DNA of 64,000 bases from Alphaproteobacteria bacterium (GCA_017935485.1 JAGBHO010000016.1:5882-69881), one strand, 5' to 3'. Shown: positions 8,388 through 19,117, counted from the stretch's first letter. The notes: generated from the sequence alone by a model not told the origin. Translations and numbers: made by a program.

Positions 8388-9545
8388 CTATTTCTTTTTC
8401 TCGCACAATTGCAAAACAATGTCTGCGGCATTTTCGCTCGGCGTCTGTTCTCCAAGCCCCAATACTTCGCGGACTTTTTTAAAACCGGCCATTTGTTTAT
8501 CATACAAATCGTCTTTTTGCAACAGCCCTTTGATATAACTGCGAATATTTCCGGACACGCAGCGCTCCTGCAGCAATTCCGGCACAATCTCGCGCCCCAG
8601 CAGAATATTGGACAAGTTTACAAACTGTATCTTCAAAAACTTGCGTGCCAACATTGCCGAGAAAGGCGAAACCTTATAAGCCACAATATGCGGCACGTCC
8701 AAAATCGCCAACTCCAGCGCCACCGTTCCGGAAGCAGCAATTGCCGCCGAAGAAGCCTTAAAAGCATTATAGCGGTCTTGCTGCGTTTCGGTCACCACAA
8801 CCGGCAGCCCGCTCTTTTTTGCCTCAAGCTTAACCGTTTCCGCCACGGTTTTGACTGTCGGAATGACAAAGAACAGATCATCATTTTGCTTGGACAACTC
8901 GCGCACGGCGTCAAAAAATACCGGCAGCAGCTTGCTGACTTCTGTCTTGCGCGATCCCGGAAGAACGGAAATCACCCTTTTGTCAGCCGGAACATTAAAT
9001 TTTTCTCGGAATTTTGCCCCGTCAGCGTGCAAAGCCTCGCTCTCAATCACCGGATGTCCGACAAAATCCGTCGGCAGGCGGTAAGGCGTAAAATATTTTG
9101 GCTCATACGGCAGCAGTGTCAACAAATGATCAATATATTTATACATTGTCCGTGCCCGTTTTTTCTTCCAAGCCCAAACTTGCGGCGCCACATAATGCAC
9201 TTGCGGAATGCCGGTTTTCTTCTTGCGCAGGGCTTTATGCACACGCGCCGAAAAACTCCAGCTGTCAATTGTAACAACCACATCGGGCTGCACCCGCACA
9301 ATGTCCTCGACCGTATTTTTAATATGCCTTAAGACTTTCGGAATACTCGGAATAACCTCCATAAGCCCCATAATCGACAAATCGGCAATATCAAACAAAG
9401 GCCTCAGGCCTTCTTCTTCCATCGTCTCTCCGCCCACACCGTAAAAAGCCACATCGCCGCCGGTCTTTTTTTTCAATGCCCGCATCAGGCGCGATCCGAG
9501 CAAATCTCCGGAAGGCTCTCCGGCAATCAGATAAATCTTTTTCAT
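8388..9545 (-). CDS. lpxB: lipid-A-disaccharide synthase
   Basis: IAGEPSGDLLG, HYVAPQVWAW, FVGHP, LPGSR, SGTVALE. Confidence 0.96.
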   Translation of the reverse strand: MKKIYLIAGEPSGDLLGSRLMRALKKKTGGDVAFYGVGGETMEEEGLRPLFDIADLSIMGLMEVIPSIPKVLRHIKNTVEDIVRVQPDVVVTIDSWSFSARVHKALRKKKTGIPQVHYVAPQVWAWKKKRARTMYKYIDHLLTLLPYEPKYFTPYRLPTDFVGHPVIESEALHADGAKFREKFNVPADKRVISVLPGSRKTEVSKLLPVFFDAVRELSKQNDDLFFVIPTVKTVAETVKLEAKKSGLPVVVTETQQDRYNAFKASSAAIAASGTVALELAILDVPHIVAYKVSPFSAMLARKFLKIQFVNLSNILLGREIVPELLQERCVSGNIRSYIKGLLQKDDLYDKQMAGFKKVREVLGLGEQTPSENAADIVLQLCEKKK

Positions 9546-10399
9546 TACGCCTCCTTCCACTTATCATCAGCCGGATTCACGCCGACAACAAAAAGCCCTA
9601 ACCTGTCTGCCAGTTTAATTGCCTCGGCTTCATCAACAATCAAACCGTTTCCGGCATGCAAAGCCACACCGCGCAGCCCTGACTTATGTGCATTTTCTAT
9701 TGTGCGCACGCCGAAAGTCGGCAAATCAATCCGCATATCCTGCTGCGGCTTGCGCAACTTGACCAAAACGCCGCCTGCGCCTTTGCGCCTGTAATCGCCG
9801 CAGCGCAAAAGCATCTTATCCGTCCCCTCAATCGCTTCCACGGCCAATACCAGCCCTTGCTGAACAACCGCGCCCTGCCCGATATCCAGCCGTCCGAGTT
9901 CCGTTACGACCTCAATTCCGCGCCGAATATCCGCCACAGCCTGTTTATCAGGCCTGATTTTGCCCAACACGCCTTCCTTCACCAACAGTTCGGGAATAAC
10001 TTCATGAATCCCCCGCACAATCATTCCCTCGGATTCGATCTCTTTAACCAGTGCCCGCAATATTCCGTCATCGCCCAAAGCCTTCATCCCGACCTTGGCA
10101 AAAAACGCCGTTGTTTTCCAATCCGGCACCAAATCAGAAAAACTCGGACGCCGGATGGTACCGATCATCACAACTTCCTGCACTTTTTCTTCGGCGAATT
10201 TTTTAAAACCGCTGCCGGCCTGCCCGATTCTGATCCAAAGATGCGGCACATCTCCGGTCATAATTTCTTTATCGGCATTTCCCTCAATCGCAAGCACAAA
10301 ATACGGCCGTCCGTTTTTGCGGCAATGCTCAATCAACATCTTCGGAATAGCCCCGCCGCCGGCAATAATCCCTAATTTTTTTGCATTCTCAGTCATCAT
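9545..10399 (-). CDS. lpxI: UDP-2,3-diacylglucosamine diphosphatase LpxI
   Basis: LGIIAGGG, DIGQGAVV, EAIEGTD, QDMRIDLPTFG; TAATG overlap with lpxB. Confidence 0.93.
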   Translation of the reverse strand: MMTENAKKLGIIAGGGAIPKMLIEHCRKNGRPYFVLAIEGNADKEIMTGDVPHLWIRIGQAGSGFKKFAEEKVQEVVMIGTIRRPSFSDLVPDWKTTAFFAKVGMKALGDDGILRALVKEIESEGMIVRGIHEVIPELLVKEGVLGKIRPDKQAVADIRRGIEVVTELGRLDIGQGAVVQQGLVLAVEAIEGTDKMLLRCGDYRRKGAGGVLVKLRKPQQDMRIDLPTFGVRTIENAHKSGLRGVALHAGNGLIVDEAEAIKLADRLGLFVVGVNPADDKWKEA

Positions 10400-10481
10400 A
10401 ATTCCAAATAAAAAGAAAGAATAACTCCTCTATAACATAGAAAAATTATTCTTTCATTAAAAATAAAAAAGAAATATGCGT

Positions 10482-11453
10482 TTACATTTCCCGTCCATAT
10501 AAAACATTCCGCCGGCAAACATTTCCCGATGATCTAGCTGCTTTTCTATGCTTTTCCGACTTCCGCCCCGATAAGACCTGCATTTTATCCAAAGCTTCTT
10601 TCCGTTTGTCTGCAGAAAAATCTTCCAACCTGTCTTCCACCATACCCAGCCTCTCCGGCTTTTCTTTTTCAAAATAAGAATACCACTCAGCCATTTTGTT
10701 CAAAAAATGATAATCCAATTCTTCCATAGACATTTTTTGTTTTGCTACCTCATTATAACTGTCCAGACATTCTCTGACAAAAGCTCTGCCATAACCGGAA
10801 TAAAGCGTCATAAAATCCTTGGCGGGAACATTCAGCCCCATTTCCCCCAAATCAAAAACCCCGTTTAACACACCGGCACTCTGCGCTTTATCATTCAGTG
10901 CCATATTACCGCCGTGAAAATCGTTATGACAGACCACCAGATTATCGTTTTTCTTGTCAGGAGAATGATAATCTATTCCCTTTTGGGCATAAAACGCCGC
11001 ATTTCGCTGTTGCAAATCAGGCAAAGTTTCAAACTGAAACCCTACCTGTTCGGAAACCTCAAAACCCTGAACCGGAAAATTGTGCAAATGTGCTAAAAAC
11101 TGTCCGACCTCAGAAGCCAGAATACTTTTTTGCAAGCCGGACAAATCTTCAAAATGAAGATTATCCCCACTGCGATCTTTGCCGTCAATACAGGTTTTTC
11201 CTTTCAATTCCAAGTGAACGGCTCCCTCAAATCCGTTTTCTTTTATATATTGCACATCCGGTAAAAGGGATTTCAAAAATTCATCATCAGAGCGTTGAAA
11301 TGTTTGAGAATATTCCGCCTCTTTCAAATACCCTCGTCTGGCCCGTTCCTGTATCGGAACCCGAATAATATAATCGCCGCTTTTATAAGCCGCAGAATTT
11401 TTCCCTTCTCCCAGTTTTTCAGCTCGTTCGATAATTTCCTTCCAGCTCTGCAT
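10482..11453 (-). CDS. aminoglycoside phosphotransferase (APH)-like kinase
   Basis: LGEGKNSAAY glycine loop, IIRVP, FLAHLH, VCHNDFHGGN catalytic loop, GVFDLGE. Confidence 0.8.
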   Translation of the reverse strand: MQSWKEIIERAEKLGEGKNSAAYKSGDYIIRVPIQERARRGYLKEAEYSQTFQRSDDEFLKSLLPDVQYIKENGFEGAVHLELKGKTCIDGKDRSGDNLHFEDLSGLQKSILASEVGQFLAHLHNFPVQGFEVSEQVGFQFETLPDLQQRNAAFYAQKGIDYHSPDKKNDNLVVCHNDFHGGNMALNDKAQSAGVLNGVFDLGEMGLNVPAKDFMTLYSGYGRAFVRECLDSYNEVAKQKMSMEELDYHFLNKMAEWYSYFEKEKPERLGMVEDRLEDFSADKRKEALDKMQVLSGRKSEKHRKAARSSGNVCRRNVLYGREM

Positions 11454-11562
11454 ATTAAAATCTCCTGTATTTTCTTAACAGTATATCTCATTCTCTTCAC
11501 TCTGCAAAGAAGATTATTTATCAAAAAAACCCATCACATTTCATTCTTACTAAAAAACAGAT

Positions 11563-12620
11563 AAAAAAAATCCGGCTAAGCACTTTATACATGCAACTGT
11601 TACCGGATTTTCCTTTTCTGGATCAGACGCCCATATTGCGCGTTTTTATTAAAAAGTTTGATAAGAGCTTGTGCTGCGCCGTCCTTTTTCGCCGACGTGT
11701 ACAACCAGCTACACGAGAAGAAAGAACAAGTATGAGCATCCCTTCAGGCCGCTGTAAAAACGCGATATAAGCGCTAAGCAAAAACAACCGCTGCTCCGGT
11801 TGTTTTTATCTGCAAGCTCTTTGGAACATCTTGGCAAGCAAGGAAAGCGTTAGCAACCGAAGCGAGCCTGGATGCCTAAGTCAGATAATAAGAAAAAAGA
11901 ATTTTAGCGACAGGCGTGTACATGGTGGTACATGACTTAGCTAAAATTCTTTTTTCTGTATCAGATGACCACAGAGCGCGTTTTTACTAAAAAGTTTGAT
12001 AAAGGCCGGGGCTATTTGTGGAGCAAAATTCGACATGTACAAAAAAGGTACATGAGAATTTTGAAACGCAAACTTGACCGACCACAAGCCGCTGTAAAAA
12101 TGGGGAGAACGAGAGAAATAATAAGATTTTAGGGTGAAGAAAGCAAGCGCTAAGCAAAAACAACCGCTGCTCCGGTTGTTTTTATCTGCAAGCTCTTTGG
12201 AACATCTTGGCAAGCGCGGGAAGCGTGAGCAACCACGGCGAGCCTAGATGCCTAAGGTACAAAGTAGTACATGAGCATTCCTTCAGGCCGCTGTAAAAAC
12301 GCGATAGAAGTGCTAAGTAAAAACAACCGCTGCTCCGGTTGTTTTTATCTGCAAGCTCTTTGGAACATCTTGGCAAGCAAGGAAAGCGTTAGCAACCGCA
12401 GCGAGCCTAGATGCCTAAGTCAGATAATAAGAAAAAGAAAATCCGGCGACAGGCGCGTACATAAACGTACGTAACTTAGCCGGATTTTCTAGGTGACCAC
12501 AGAGCGCGTTTTTACTAAAAAGTTTGATAAAGGCCGGTGCTGCGCTGTTTTTTTTCGACGACGTGTACAACAAAAGGTACACGAGGAGAAAAGAAACAAG
12601 CATGACCGGCCTTTTGCAAG
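11563..12620. repeat. cluster of modular palindromic (RPE-like) repeats
   Basis: ~270-bp direct repeats at 11732-12008 and 12271-12537, a partial third copy at 12145-12256, and recurring GTAC-N5/6-GTAC hairpins. Confidence 0.85.
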
Positions 12621-12624
12621 CTTT

Positions 12625-13455
12625 TTACTCTGCGGTGAGGAGATTACGCCGGTCATGCACCGCCATCTCAATAAACCTGATCTGCTCTTGAACAATGGCA
12701 TTGTCTTTGAATTTTTCTTTAGCCTGCGCAACACGTTCTTCCAAACGGCCTTCTTTGCCTTTGAAAATAAACATATAAGCACGGGTCGCCACTTTAACTT
12801 CCGCTTCCGACATTCCGCCGCGCTTCATGCCAATCTGGTTCAGTCCGCGCAGCTTACCGCGGTCACCGGTAACAATGGCAAACGGAATCACATCGCGCGC
12901 CACGCCGGTCATACCGCCGATCATCGCCTTGCGTCCGATACGGCAGAATTGGTGAACGGCAGAATTTCCGCCCAGGATACACCCGTCTCCCAACCGCGTA
13001 TGGCCGCCGATAACCGCATTATTGGTCATAATCACGCCGTTGCCGACCACACAGTCATGCGCCACGTGGGAATTTACCATAAACATTCCGTCATCACCGA
13101 CAATCGTAATCAGCTTCTGCGGCTCGGAACCGTCTTCCGGCGGCGTTTGTCCTTTCGGCGTGCCGCACTGCATCGTTACATTCTCGCGAATAACATTGCG
13201 CTTGCCGATAACCAGCTTTGCATCCGGCTGAAACTCGTTACCATGGTCTTGCGGCCCCCCGCCGAGAACAGCTCCCGGAAACACAACCGTTTCATCGCCG
13301 ATTGTGGTGTTCCCCAAAATTGTCACACGCGCAATCAAATTGACTTTTTCGCCGATAACGGCATTTCCGCTGATATAGCAAAACGGCCCGACAATTGCGC
13401 TGTCCGCAATTTTAGCACCTTTTTCGACCACTGCTGACGGATGGATATTAGACAT
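12625..13455 (-). CDS. lpxA: UDP-N-acetylglucosamine acyltransferase
   Basis: IHPSAVVE hexapeptide repeats, PQD, IRENVT, NSHVAHDC, AVHQFCRIG. Confidence 0.96.
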   Translation of the reverse strand: MSNIHPSAVVEKGAKIADSAIVGPFCYISGNAVIGEKVNLIARVTILGNTTIGDETVVFPGAVLGGGPQDHGNEFQPDAKLVIGKRNVIRENVTMQCGTPKGQTPPEDGSEPQKLITIVGDDGMFMVNSHVAHDCVVGNGVIMTNNAVIGGHTRLGDGCILGGNSAVHQFCRIGRKAMIGGMTGVARDVIPFAIVTGDRGKLRGLNQIGMKRGGMSEAEVKVATRAYMFIFKGKEGRLEERVAQAKEKFKDNAIVQEQIRFIEMAVHDRRNLLTAE

Positions 13456-13615
13456 TAAATTCCCTTTCAAAAAATTAGTTCATACTGCCATTATAAACAA
13501 TTCTTGCCTGACGTAAACACAACAAATCTTACAAATTATTACATATTGACAATTAGACAAAAATATGATACTCTGCTTTTGATAAAAAATTATTAACACT
13601 TATTAAAATAACGTT

Positions 13616-14884
13616 ATGGAAAAAAATCTGACTTTGTCACCCCAGGAATTAAAACTGTTTTTGAACAGTGTATCCAAAGATGAAGATTTCCGCAATGACT
13701 TGGAAATGGTTCTGAAAAAGGACTACAAAAAGTTTGACGAATGGCTTAAAACAATGCACCCGATGCACTTCATCATTGAAGATCTGCTGGTTGCCACCTG
13801 GCCGCCGGAGTTTATCCGAAGATATGTAGAAGTTATCAACATCGATGAGCGGCTGCGCAAAAAGCTGTTGCAATCCGCCGGAAAAAACATTGTTTCGGCA
13901 ATACTCAGCGAAACAAACCCTTCTGCCGATGAGAGCAACATCGTGCTCAACAGGCCGGACGGATTAGCATATATCGGCCGTTTACTGGAAGTTGGCGCCG
14001 ATCTTGACGCTGATGCCGAGAAAATCATCCTCACCCGCGGAACCGTTCAGAACAAAGAAAGATATTGTCAGGAATGTGACGCACTATACAACATTGACCT
14101 GTTGCTCAAAGACGAACAAAGCCGCCGGCTTTTGTTGCTTTACATCAATGACAATTGCAATTTTGAAGGATTCTGTGCGGATGAAGAAGCAAAACTTCTT
14201 CCCTATCCGGAACTGATGAAAGCCTACACCTCCCACTATAATGTAAGCTACCAACTGGTAAAGGATGATCCAAATCTTGCATCATACATCGGCGAAATCA
14301 CCATGTACGAATGCGACTGGGTTGACATTTGCGAAAATGAAGAATTGTTCGAAAAATTTGTGAAATCTGCGTTAAAAACGGATTCGCAAAAGGAATCACT
14401 AGGATTGGCAATAGACCTCTATCCTGACCAACTGGCGGTTCCGACAGCCGGAATGCTGCAAAAGCTAAACGACTTTGATGATAAACTGGTTCGGTCTTTG
14501 TTTAAAACGGCTAATGAAGAGGTCCTGAGATACATCCCGCAGAAATATTATTGTCTGGACGGATTGGTATTTTTTGCAGAAAGTAAAAAAGTCAACGGAA
14601 CAAAAACTCTTCTTCCTCATTTCAAAAATCTCGGATACAGAATAATGTTTATCCTATTGAGCATAAGAAATCCGGAAATCACACAAATGTTGATTGAAAA
14701 AGAAGAACTTCCCTCTGAATTGCAAAAGTCTCTTCTGGCATATCAGGAACCGGACAGAAAAGCCCTTGTTTTATATTACGGTCAAAAATACGGCTTTACG
14801 CATCCGGAAGGACAAAAGGCCTACCGCAAATACCGGCGGAAAGAAATTTGGCAAAAAGTCAAAAACTTTTTCGGACTCGGTTAA
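13616..14884 (+). CDS. hypothetical protein
   Basis: 422-aa ORF with an upstream TTGACA...TGATACTCT promoter; no recognisable motif. Confidence 0.75.
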   Translation: MEKNLTLSPQELKLFLNSVSKDEDFRNDLEMVLKKDYKKFDEWLKTMHPMHFIIEDLLVATWPPEFIRRYVEVINIDERLRKKLLQSAGKNIVSAILSETNPSADESNIVLNRPDGLAYIGRLLEVGADLDADAEKIILTRGTVQNKERYCQECDALYNIDLLLKDEQSRRLLLLYINDNCNFEGFCADEEAKLLPYPELMKAYTSHYNVSYQLVKDDPNLASYIGEITMYECDWVDICENEELFEKFVKSALKTDSQKESLGLAIDLYPDQLAVPTAGMLQKLNDFDDKLVRSLFKTANEEVLRYIPQKYYCLDGLVFFAESKKVNGTKTLLPHFKNLGYRIMFILLSIRNPEITQMLIEKEELPSELQKSLLAYQEPDRKALVLYYGQKYGFTHPEGQKAYRKYRRKEIWQKVKNFFGLG

Positions 14885-14930
14885 TTTCCATAATCAAAAA
14901 CGTCCCGTATGTCAAATATGCGGACATTAT

Positions 14931-14963
14931 AAAAAAGGATTGCTTTTCAGCAATCCTTTTTTT
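14931..14963. terminator. bidirectional intrinsic terminator
   Basis: AAAAAAGGATTGC-TTTTCA-GCAATCCTTTTTTT between convergent genes. Confidence 0.8.
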
Positions 14964-14969
14964 ATGGCC

Positions 14970-17360
14970 TCAGGCTCTTAATTCACCGCCGGTTTTCTTC
15001 TTGACCTCGTCAATCACCTTATTCATCAGCCCTTCAATATCTTTGTCGGTAAAGGTATTTTCAATCGGCTGGAAGGTCACGGACAAAGCCAGAGACTTTT
15101 TGCCCTCCGGCAGATTTTCGCCTTCATAGACGTCAAAAATCCGAACATCGGTAATATGAACACGATCGGCATTTTTGGCCGCGGCAATCACATCGCTGGC
15201 CTTCACGTCTTTGTTCATGACAAAAGCCAAATCCTTGTCCAGCGGCTGGAACTGATAAAGCTCAAGCTTTTTGCGGGCTTTGCCCTGAACCGCACGCGGC
15301 TCCGGAATATTGTCAAGGAAGACTTCAAAAGCCATTACGCGCGGTTTAATCCCCAGCTTTTTGGTTACTGCCGGATGAATCTCCCCAAAATAAGCCAGCA
15401 CGTTTTTGCCCAAACGCAAAGAACCGCTGCGCCCCGGGTGATAATATTCCGGCGCATCGCGGAACACCTGGGCATTTTCCCATGGCCCGTTGGCTGCCGC
15501 AATTGCCGCAATCGCATCGGCCTTGGCGTCAAAAACGTCATAAGCGCGCTCATCGCCTGTCCAAACCTTTTTAGATGTCATACCGCAACGTACGCCGCCG
15601 GCAGCCAATGCCTGTTCTTTCGGCTTACGCCCGAAAAACTGGGGCCCGACCTCAAACAAAGAAACATTGCCGTAACCTTTGGCAATATTGTTCTTTACTG
15701 CCAGAAGCAGATTCGGCAAAACCGACGGGCGCATCTCATCCAGATCTGACGCAATCGGATTAAACAACAGGACGGCTTCCTGTCCGGCCTTGCGGAACAT
15801 TTGCGCAACCTTTGAATCGGTAAAGCTCCAGGTCACCGTTTCCAGCATGCCGCGGGCTGCCAATTCATGCTTAACCGTCACATTGCGGCGCTGAACCGGC
15901 GTCAAAGTTTGACTCGGAAACTTGTCATGCGGCAGCGATTCTGCCGGAATTTCATCCAGCCCGATCATCCGTACGACTTCTTCCACCAAATCATGCTCGC
16001 CCTCAATATCTCCGCGCCAGGTCGGAGAAACAGCCTTGATTTTTCCGTTTTCTTCGGATGTTACAAAACCGAGCTTATTCAAAATATCAACAATCTTTTC
16101 TTTGGAAACTTCCAAACCGATAAGGCTTTTAATTCGTTCAGGACGCAGATAGGCAACCCGTTCGGCACAATCTTCGCAGCCGGCAATCTCAATTTCGGAA
16201 ACCTCGCCGCCGCAAATTTCGGTAATCAACTGTGTGGCATAATCCGAACCGAGAATATTGGACTTCGGATCAACCCAGCGCTCATAACGATAGCGTGAGT
16301 CGGAATCAATCTGAAACTTGCGTCCGGTACGGGCAATACAATCCGGTGCAAACAAAGCGCATTCCAGAAAAACGTTTTTCGTCTCTTCGCAGCAGCCTTT
16401 TTCTGCGCCGCCCATAATGCCGCCTAGACACTGAACGCCTTCGTCATCGCAAATTCCGAGCGATTGGCCGTCCAAAGCATATTCTTTTTCTTCCAGCGAA
16501 ACAAACTTCTCGCCGTCTTTTGCCATTCTGACCGTAATATTGCCTTTCAGCTTGTCGGCATCAAAAACGTGCAGCGGACGCGCCATATCATAATTGATAT
16601 AGTTGGTCACATCCACCAGCGGCGAAATCGAACGCAGCCCGATGGCACACAAACGGTCTTTCATCCATTTCGGCGTTTCGGCTTTGTTGTTAACGCCTTT
16701 AATATAGCGGCCGACATAAGTCGGGCAGGCTTCTTTGGCTTCAATTGATACCGTAACCGGACTTTTGAAGCTGCCTGCGATTTTTTTGACGTTCAACGGT
16801 TTCAAAGTACCGAGGCCGGCAGCCGCCAAATCTCTGGCCACGCCGCGTACGCCGAGACACTCGGCGCGGTTCGGCGTAATCGAAATTTCAAATACCGGAT
16901 CAATATTCAAAACTTGGGCGGCAGAAACCCCAATCGGCGTATCGGCCGGCAGTTCAATAATGCCGTTATGATCTTCGCCAATGCCAAGTTCTTTCTCGGA
17001 ACACATCATGCCGAAACTTTCCACGCCGCGGATCTTTCCCACTTTGAGTTTCTCGTTATAACACGGAATGGTAACGCCGACCTGCGCAAATATGCCGACC
17101 AGTCCCTGCTTGCAGTTCGGGGCGCCGCAGACGACCTGCAGCTTCTCCATTCCGGTATTGACGCACAATAAACCGAGATGGTCGGAATCCGGATGACGTT
17201 CATAAGTTTCGACTCTGGCTGTAATAAAATCTTTGAGAGCCGCTGCCGGATTAATAACCTCTTCCACTTCCAAACCAATCTTGGTCAGCATTTCGGCAAT
17301 CTCATCAACCGATGCCTTTGTGTCCAAATGTTCTTTTAACCACGATAATGTAAATTTCAT
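14970..17360 (-). CDS. pheT: phenylalanine--tRNA ligase beta subunit
   Basis: MKFTLSWLKEH, VVCGAPN, ITPNRAECLG, DLVEEVVR, FDVYEG. Confidence 0.98.
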   Translation of the reverse strand: MKFTLSWLKEHLDTKASVDEIAEMLTKIGLEVEEVINPAAALKDFITARVETYERHPDSDHLGLLCVNTGMEKLQVVCGAPNCKQGLVGIFAQVGVTIPCYNEKLKVGKIRGVESFGMMCSEKELGIGEDHNGIIELPADTPIGVSAAQVLNIDPVFEISITPNRAECLGVRGVARDLAAAGLGTLKPLNVKKIAGSFKSPVTVSIEAKEACPTYVGRYIKGVNNKAETPKWMKDRLCAIGLRSISPLVDVTNYINYDMARPLHVFDADKLKGNITVRMAKDGEKFVSLEEKEYALDGQSLGICDDEGVQCLGGIMGGAEKGCCEETKNVFLECALFAPDCIARTGRKFQIDSDSRYRYERWVDPKSNILGSDYATQLITEICGGEVSEIEIAGCEDCAERVAYLRPERIKSLIGLEVSKEKIVDILNKLGFVTSEENGKIKAVSPTWRGDIEGEHDLVEEVVRMIGLDEIPAESLPHDKFPSQTLTPVQRRNVTVKHELAARGMLETVTWSFTDSKVAQMFRKAGQEAVLLFNPIASDLDEMRPSVLPNLLLAVKNNIAKGYGNVSLFEVGPQFFGRKPKEQALAAGGVRCGMTSKKVWTGDERAYDVFDAKADAIAAIAAANGPWENAQVFRDAPEYYHPGRSGSLRLGKNVLAYFGEIHPAVTKKLGIKPRVMAFEVFLDNIPEPRAVQGKARKKLELYQFQPLDKDLAFVMNKDVKASDVIAAAKNADRVHITDVRIFDVYEGENLPEGKKSLALSVTFQPIENTFTDKDIEGLMNKVIDEVKKKTGGELRA

Positions 17361-18460
17361 CTTGCTGCTCCTCCGTTATTGCTCAGTCCTCCGGTCATTG
17401 AAGCTGAATCAAGCGGCACAAAGCCGTAATGCTTCAACCAACGCACATCCGATTCAAAGAAAGTGCGCAAATCGGGAATACCGTACTTCAGCATGGCCAG
17501 ACGGTCTATGCCGACACCAAATGCAAAACCCTGATACTCGTTCGGATCAATGCCGCCGGCTTCCAGAACCTTCGGGTGGACCATGCCGCACCCCAAAATC
17601 TCAAGCCAATCGGTACCGGCGCCGATTTTCAGTTCGGTCTTGGTTTTCAGACAACCGATATCCATTTCGGCAGACGGTTCGGTAAACGGAAAATACGACG
17701 GACGATAGCGTACCGGCACATCGTCAAGCTCAAAAAACGCCTTAACAAAGTCATACAAACAGCCTTTAAGGTGAGCCATGGTAATATTCTTGTCAATCAC
17801 CAAGCCTTCTACCTGATGAAACATCGGCGTATGCGTCGCGTCATAATCGGAACGATAAGTACGCCCCGGCGCAATAATGCGGATAGGCAGTTCTTTCTTT
17901 TCCATAGTACGGATCTGCACCGGCGACGTATGCGTCCGAACCACATAACTGTCATCAAAATCAGCACTGTCGGGATTGGGAATATAGAAAGTGTCCTGCA
18001 TCTGGCGCGCCGGATGGTTTGCCGGCATATTCAGGGCATTAAAGTTATGAAACTGGTCCTCAATATCCGGACCTTCGGCAACCGAAAAGCCCATCTGCCC
18101 GAAAATGGCCACAACTTCCTCATAAATTTGTGAAACCGGATGAATCCGCCCTTGGTTTTCCGGACGGACCGGCAGCGTGACGTCAACAATTTCCTTTGCC
18201 AGCTTATCATTCAGTTCTTTGGCCTCCAAAACGCTCTTGCGCTCGGTCAAAACCTGCTCAATCTCACCTTTCAGCAAATTCAGGCTCTTGCCCGTTTCAA
18301 TCTTTTGCTCCGGCGGCAAAGCGCCCAGCCCTTTCATCATTTCGGTAATCCGGCCCTTTTTTCCCAAAACGGCAACCCGGATTTCTTCCAGCGCTTTCAT
18401 ATCTCCGGCCTGATTAATTTCGGCCGTCAGTGACTTTTTTAACTCTTCAATATTTTCCAT
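17357..18460 (-). CDS. pheS: phenylalanine--tRNA ligase alpha subunit
   Basis: HPARQMQDTFY, RTHTSPVQ, FHQVEG, YFPFTEPS, GFAFGVGIDR. Confidence 0.98.
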   Translation of the reverse strand: MENIEELKKSLTAEINQAGDMKALEEIRVAVLGKKGRITEMMKGLGALPPEQKIETGKSLNLLKGEIEQVLTERKSVLEAKELNDKLAKEIVDVTLPVRPENQGRIHPVSQIYEEVVAIFGQMGFSVAEGPDIEDQFHNFNALNMPANHPARQMQDTFYIPNPDSADFDDSYVVRTHTSPVQIRTMEKKELPIRIIAPGRTYRSDYDATHTPMFHQVEGLVIDKNITMAHLKGCLYDFVKAFFELDDVPVRYRPSYFPFTEPSAEMDIGCLKTKTELKIGAGTDWLEILGCGMVHPKVLEAGGIDPNEYQGFAFGVGIDRLAMLKYGIPDLRTFFESDVRWLKHYGFVPLDSASMTGGLSNNGGAAR

Positions 18461-18492
18461 TTTTTCCTCAATCTCAGTGCATTTAAACTGCA

Positions 18493-18524
18493 AAAGAGCT
18501 AACCCGAAAACGAGTTAGCTCTTT
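18493..18524 (-). terminator. intrinsic terminator after rplT
   Basis: AAAGAGCTAAC...GTTAGCTCTTT hairpin. Confidence 0.7.
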
Positions 18525-18547
18525 CTCCATAGATTTTGCCCGACTAT

Positions 18548-18907
18548 TTATTTAGAGAGAGCGTTTTTGGCAGCTTCAACCAGTTTGGCGAAGTTTGCAG
18601 GCTCTTTCAAAGCAATATCGGCAAGGACTTTTCGGTCGAGTTCGATGCCGGCTTTGTTGAGCCCGCTCATAAATCGAGAATAAGTCATATCATTAAGACG
18701 AGTAGCAGCGTTGATTCTCTGAATCCACAAAGCGCGGAAACTTCTCTTTTTGGCTCTTCTGTCGCGATAAGCATATTGTAAAGCTTTTTCAACTTTTTCA
18801 ACGGCAACTCTGAATACATTTTTAGAACGACCTCTGTAACCTTTGGCCATATCAATAATTTTTTTGTGGCGTGCGTGAGCGGTCATACCTCTTTTAATAC
18901 GAGACAT
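18548..18907 (-). CDS. rplT: 50S ribosomal protein L20
   Basis: [31 protein letters not shown]. Confidence 0.98.
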   Translation of the reverse strand: MSRIKRGMTAHARHKKIIDMAKGYRGRSKNVFRVAVEKVEKALQYAYRDRRAKKRSFRALWIQRINAATRLNDMTYSRFMSGLNKAGIELDRKVLADIALKEPANFAKLVEAAKNALSK

Positions 18908-18919
18908 ATCAAATTCCTC

Positions 18920-19117
18920 CTACAAATACGGCATAAATTGTTTAACAATCTGGACGTCCACATCAGCAACCAATGTAGTACCTCTGGCTTGTCTTTTCAT
19001 TTTCTGGGTTTTGCAGAAGAGACAGTGTCTCTTTTTGGCAAAATTTCTTTTCAATTTGCCGGTGCCGGTAGCGCTGAAACGCTTTTTAGCGGCACTTTTA
19101 GTTTTCAATTTAGGCAT
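18920..19117 (-). CDS. rpmI: 50S ribosomal protein L35
   Basis: MPKLKTKSAAKKRF; start trimmed to ATG 19117. Confidence 0.97.
   Translation of the reverse strand: MPKLKTKSAAKKRFSATGTGKLKRNFAKKRHCLFCKTQKMKRQARGTTLVADVDVQIVKQFMPYL

Noticed and set aside
11941-12474. Short ORFs (MPRCSKELADKNN... twice, and 12271-12474)
   Set aside because: Translations of the palindromic repeat itself, with no RBS or protein-like features.
11563-12620. CRISPR array
   Set aside because: Repeats are 110-270 bp, irregularly spaced and modular, with no constant-length unique spacers and no cas genes in the window.
12493-13437. 314-aa plus-strand ORF
   Set aside because: Antisense shadow of lpxA.
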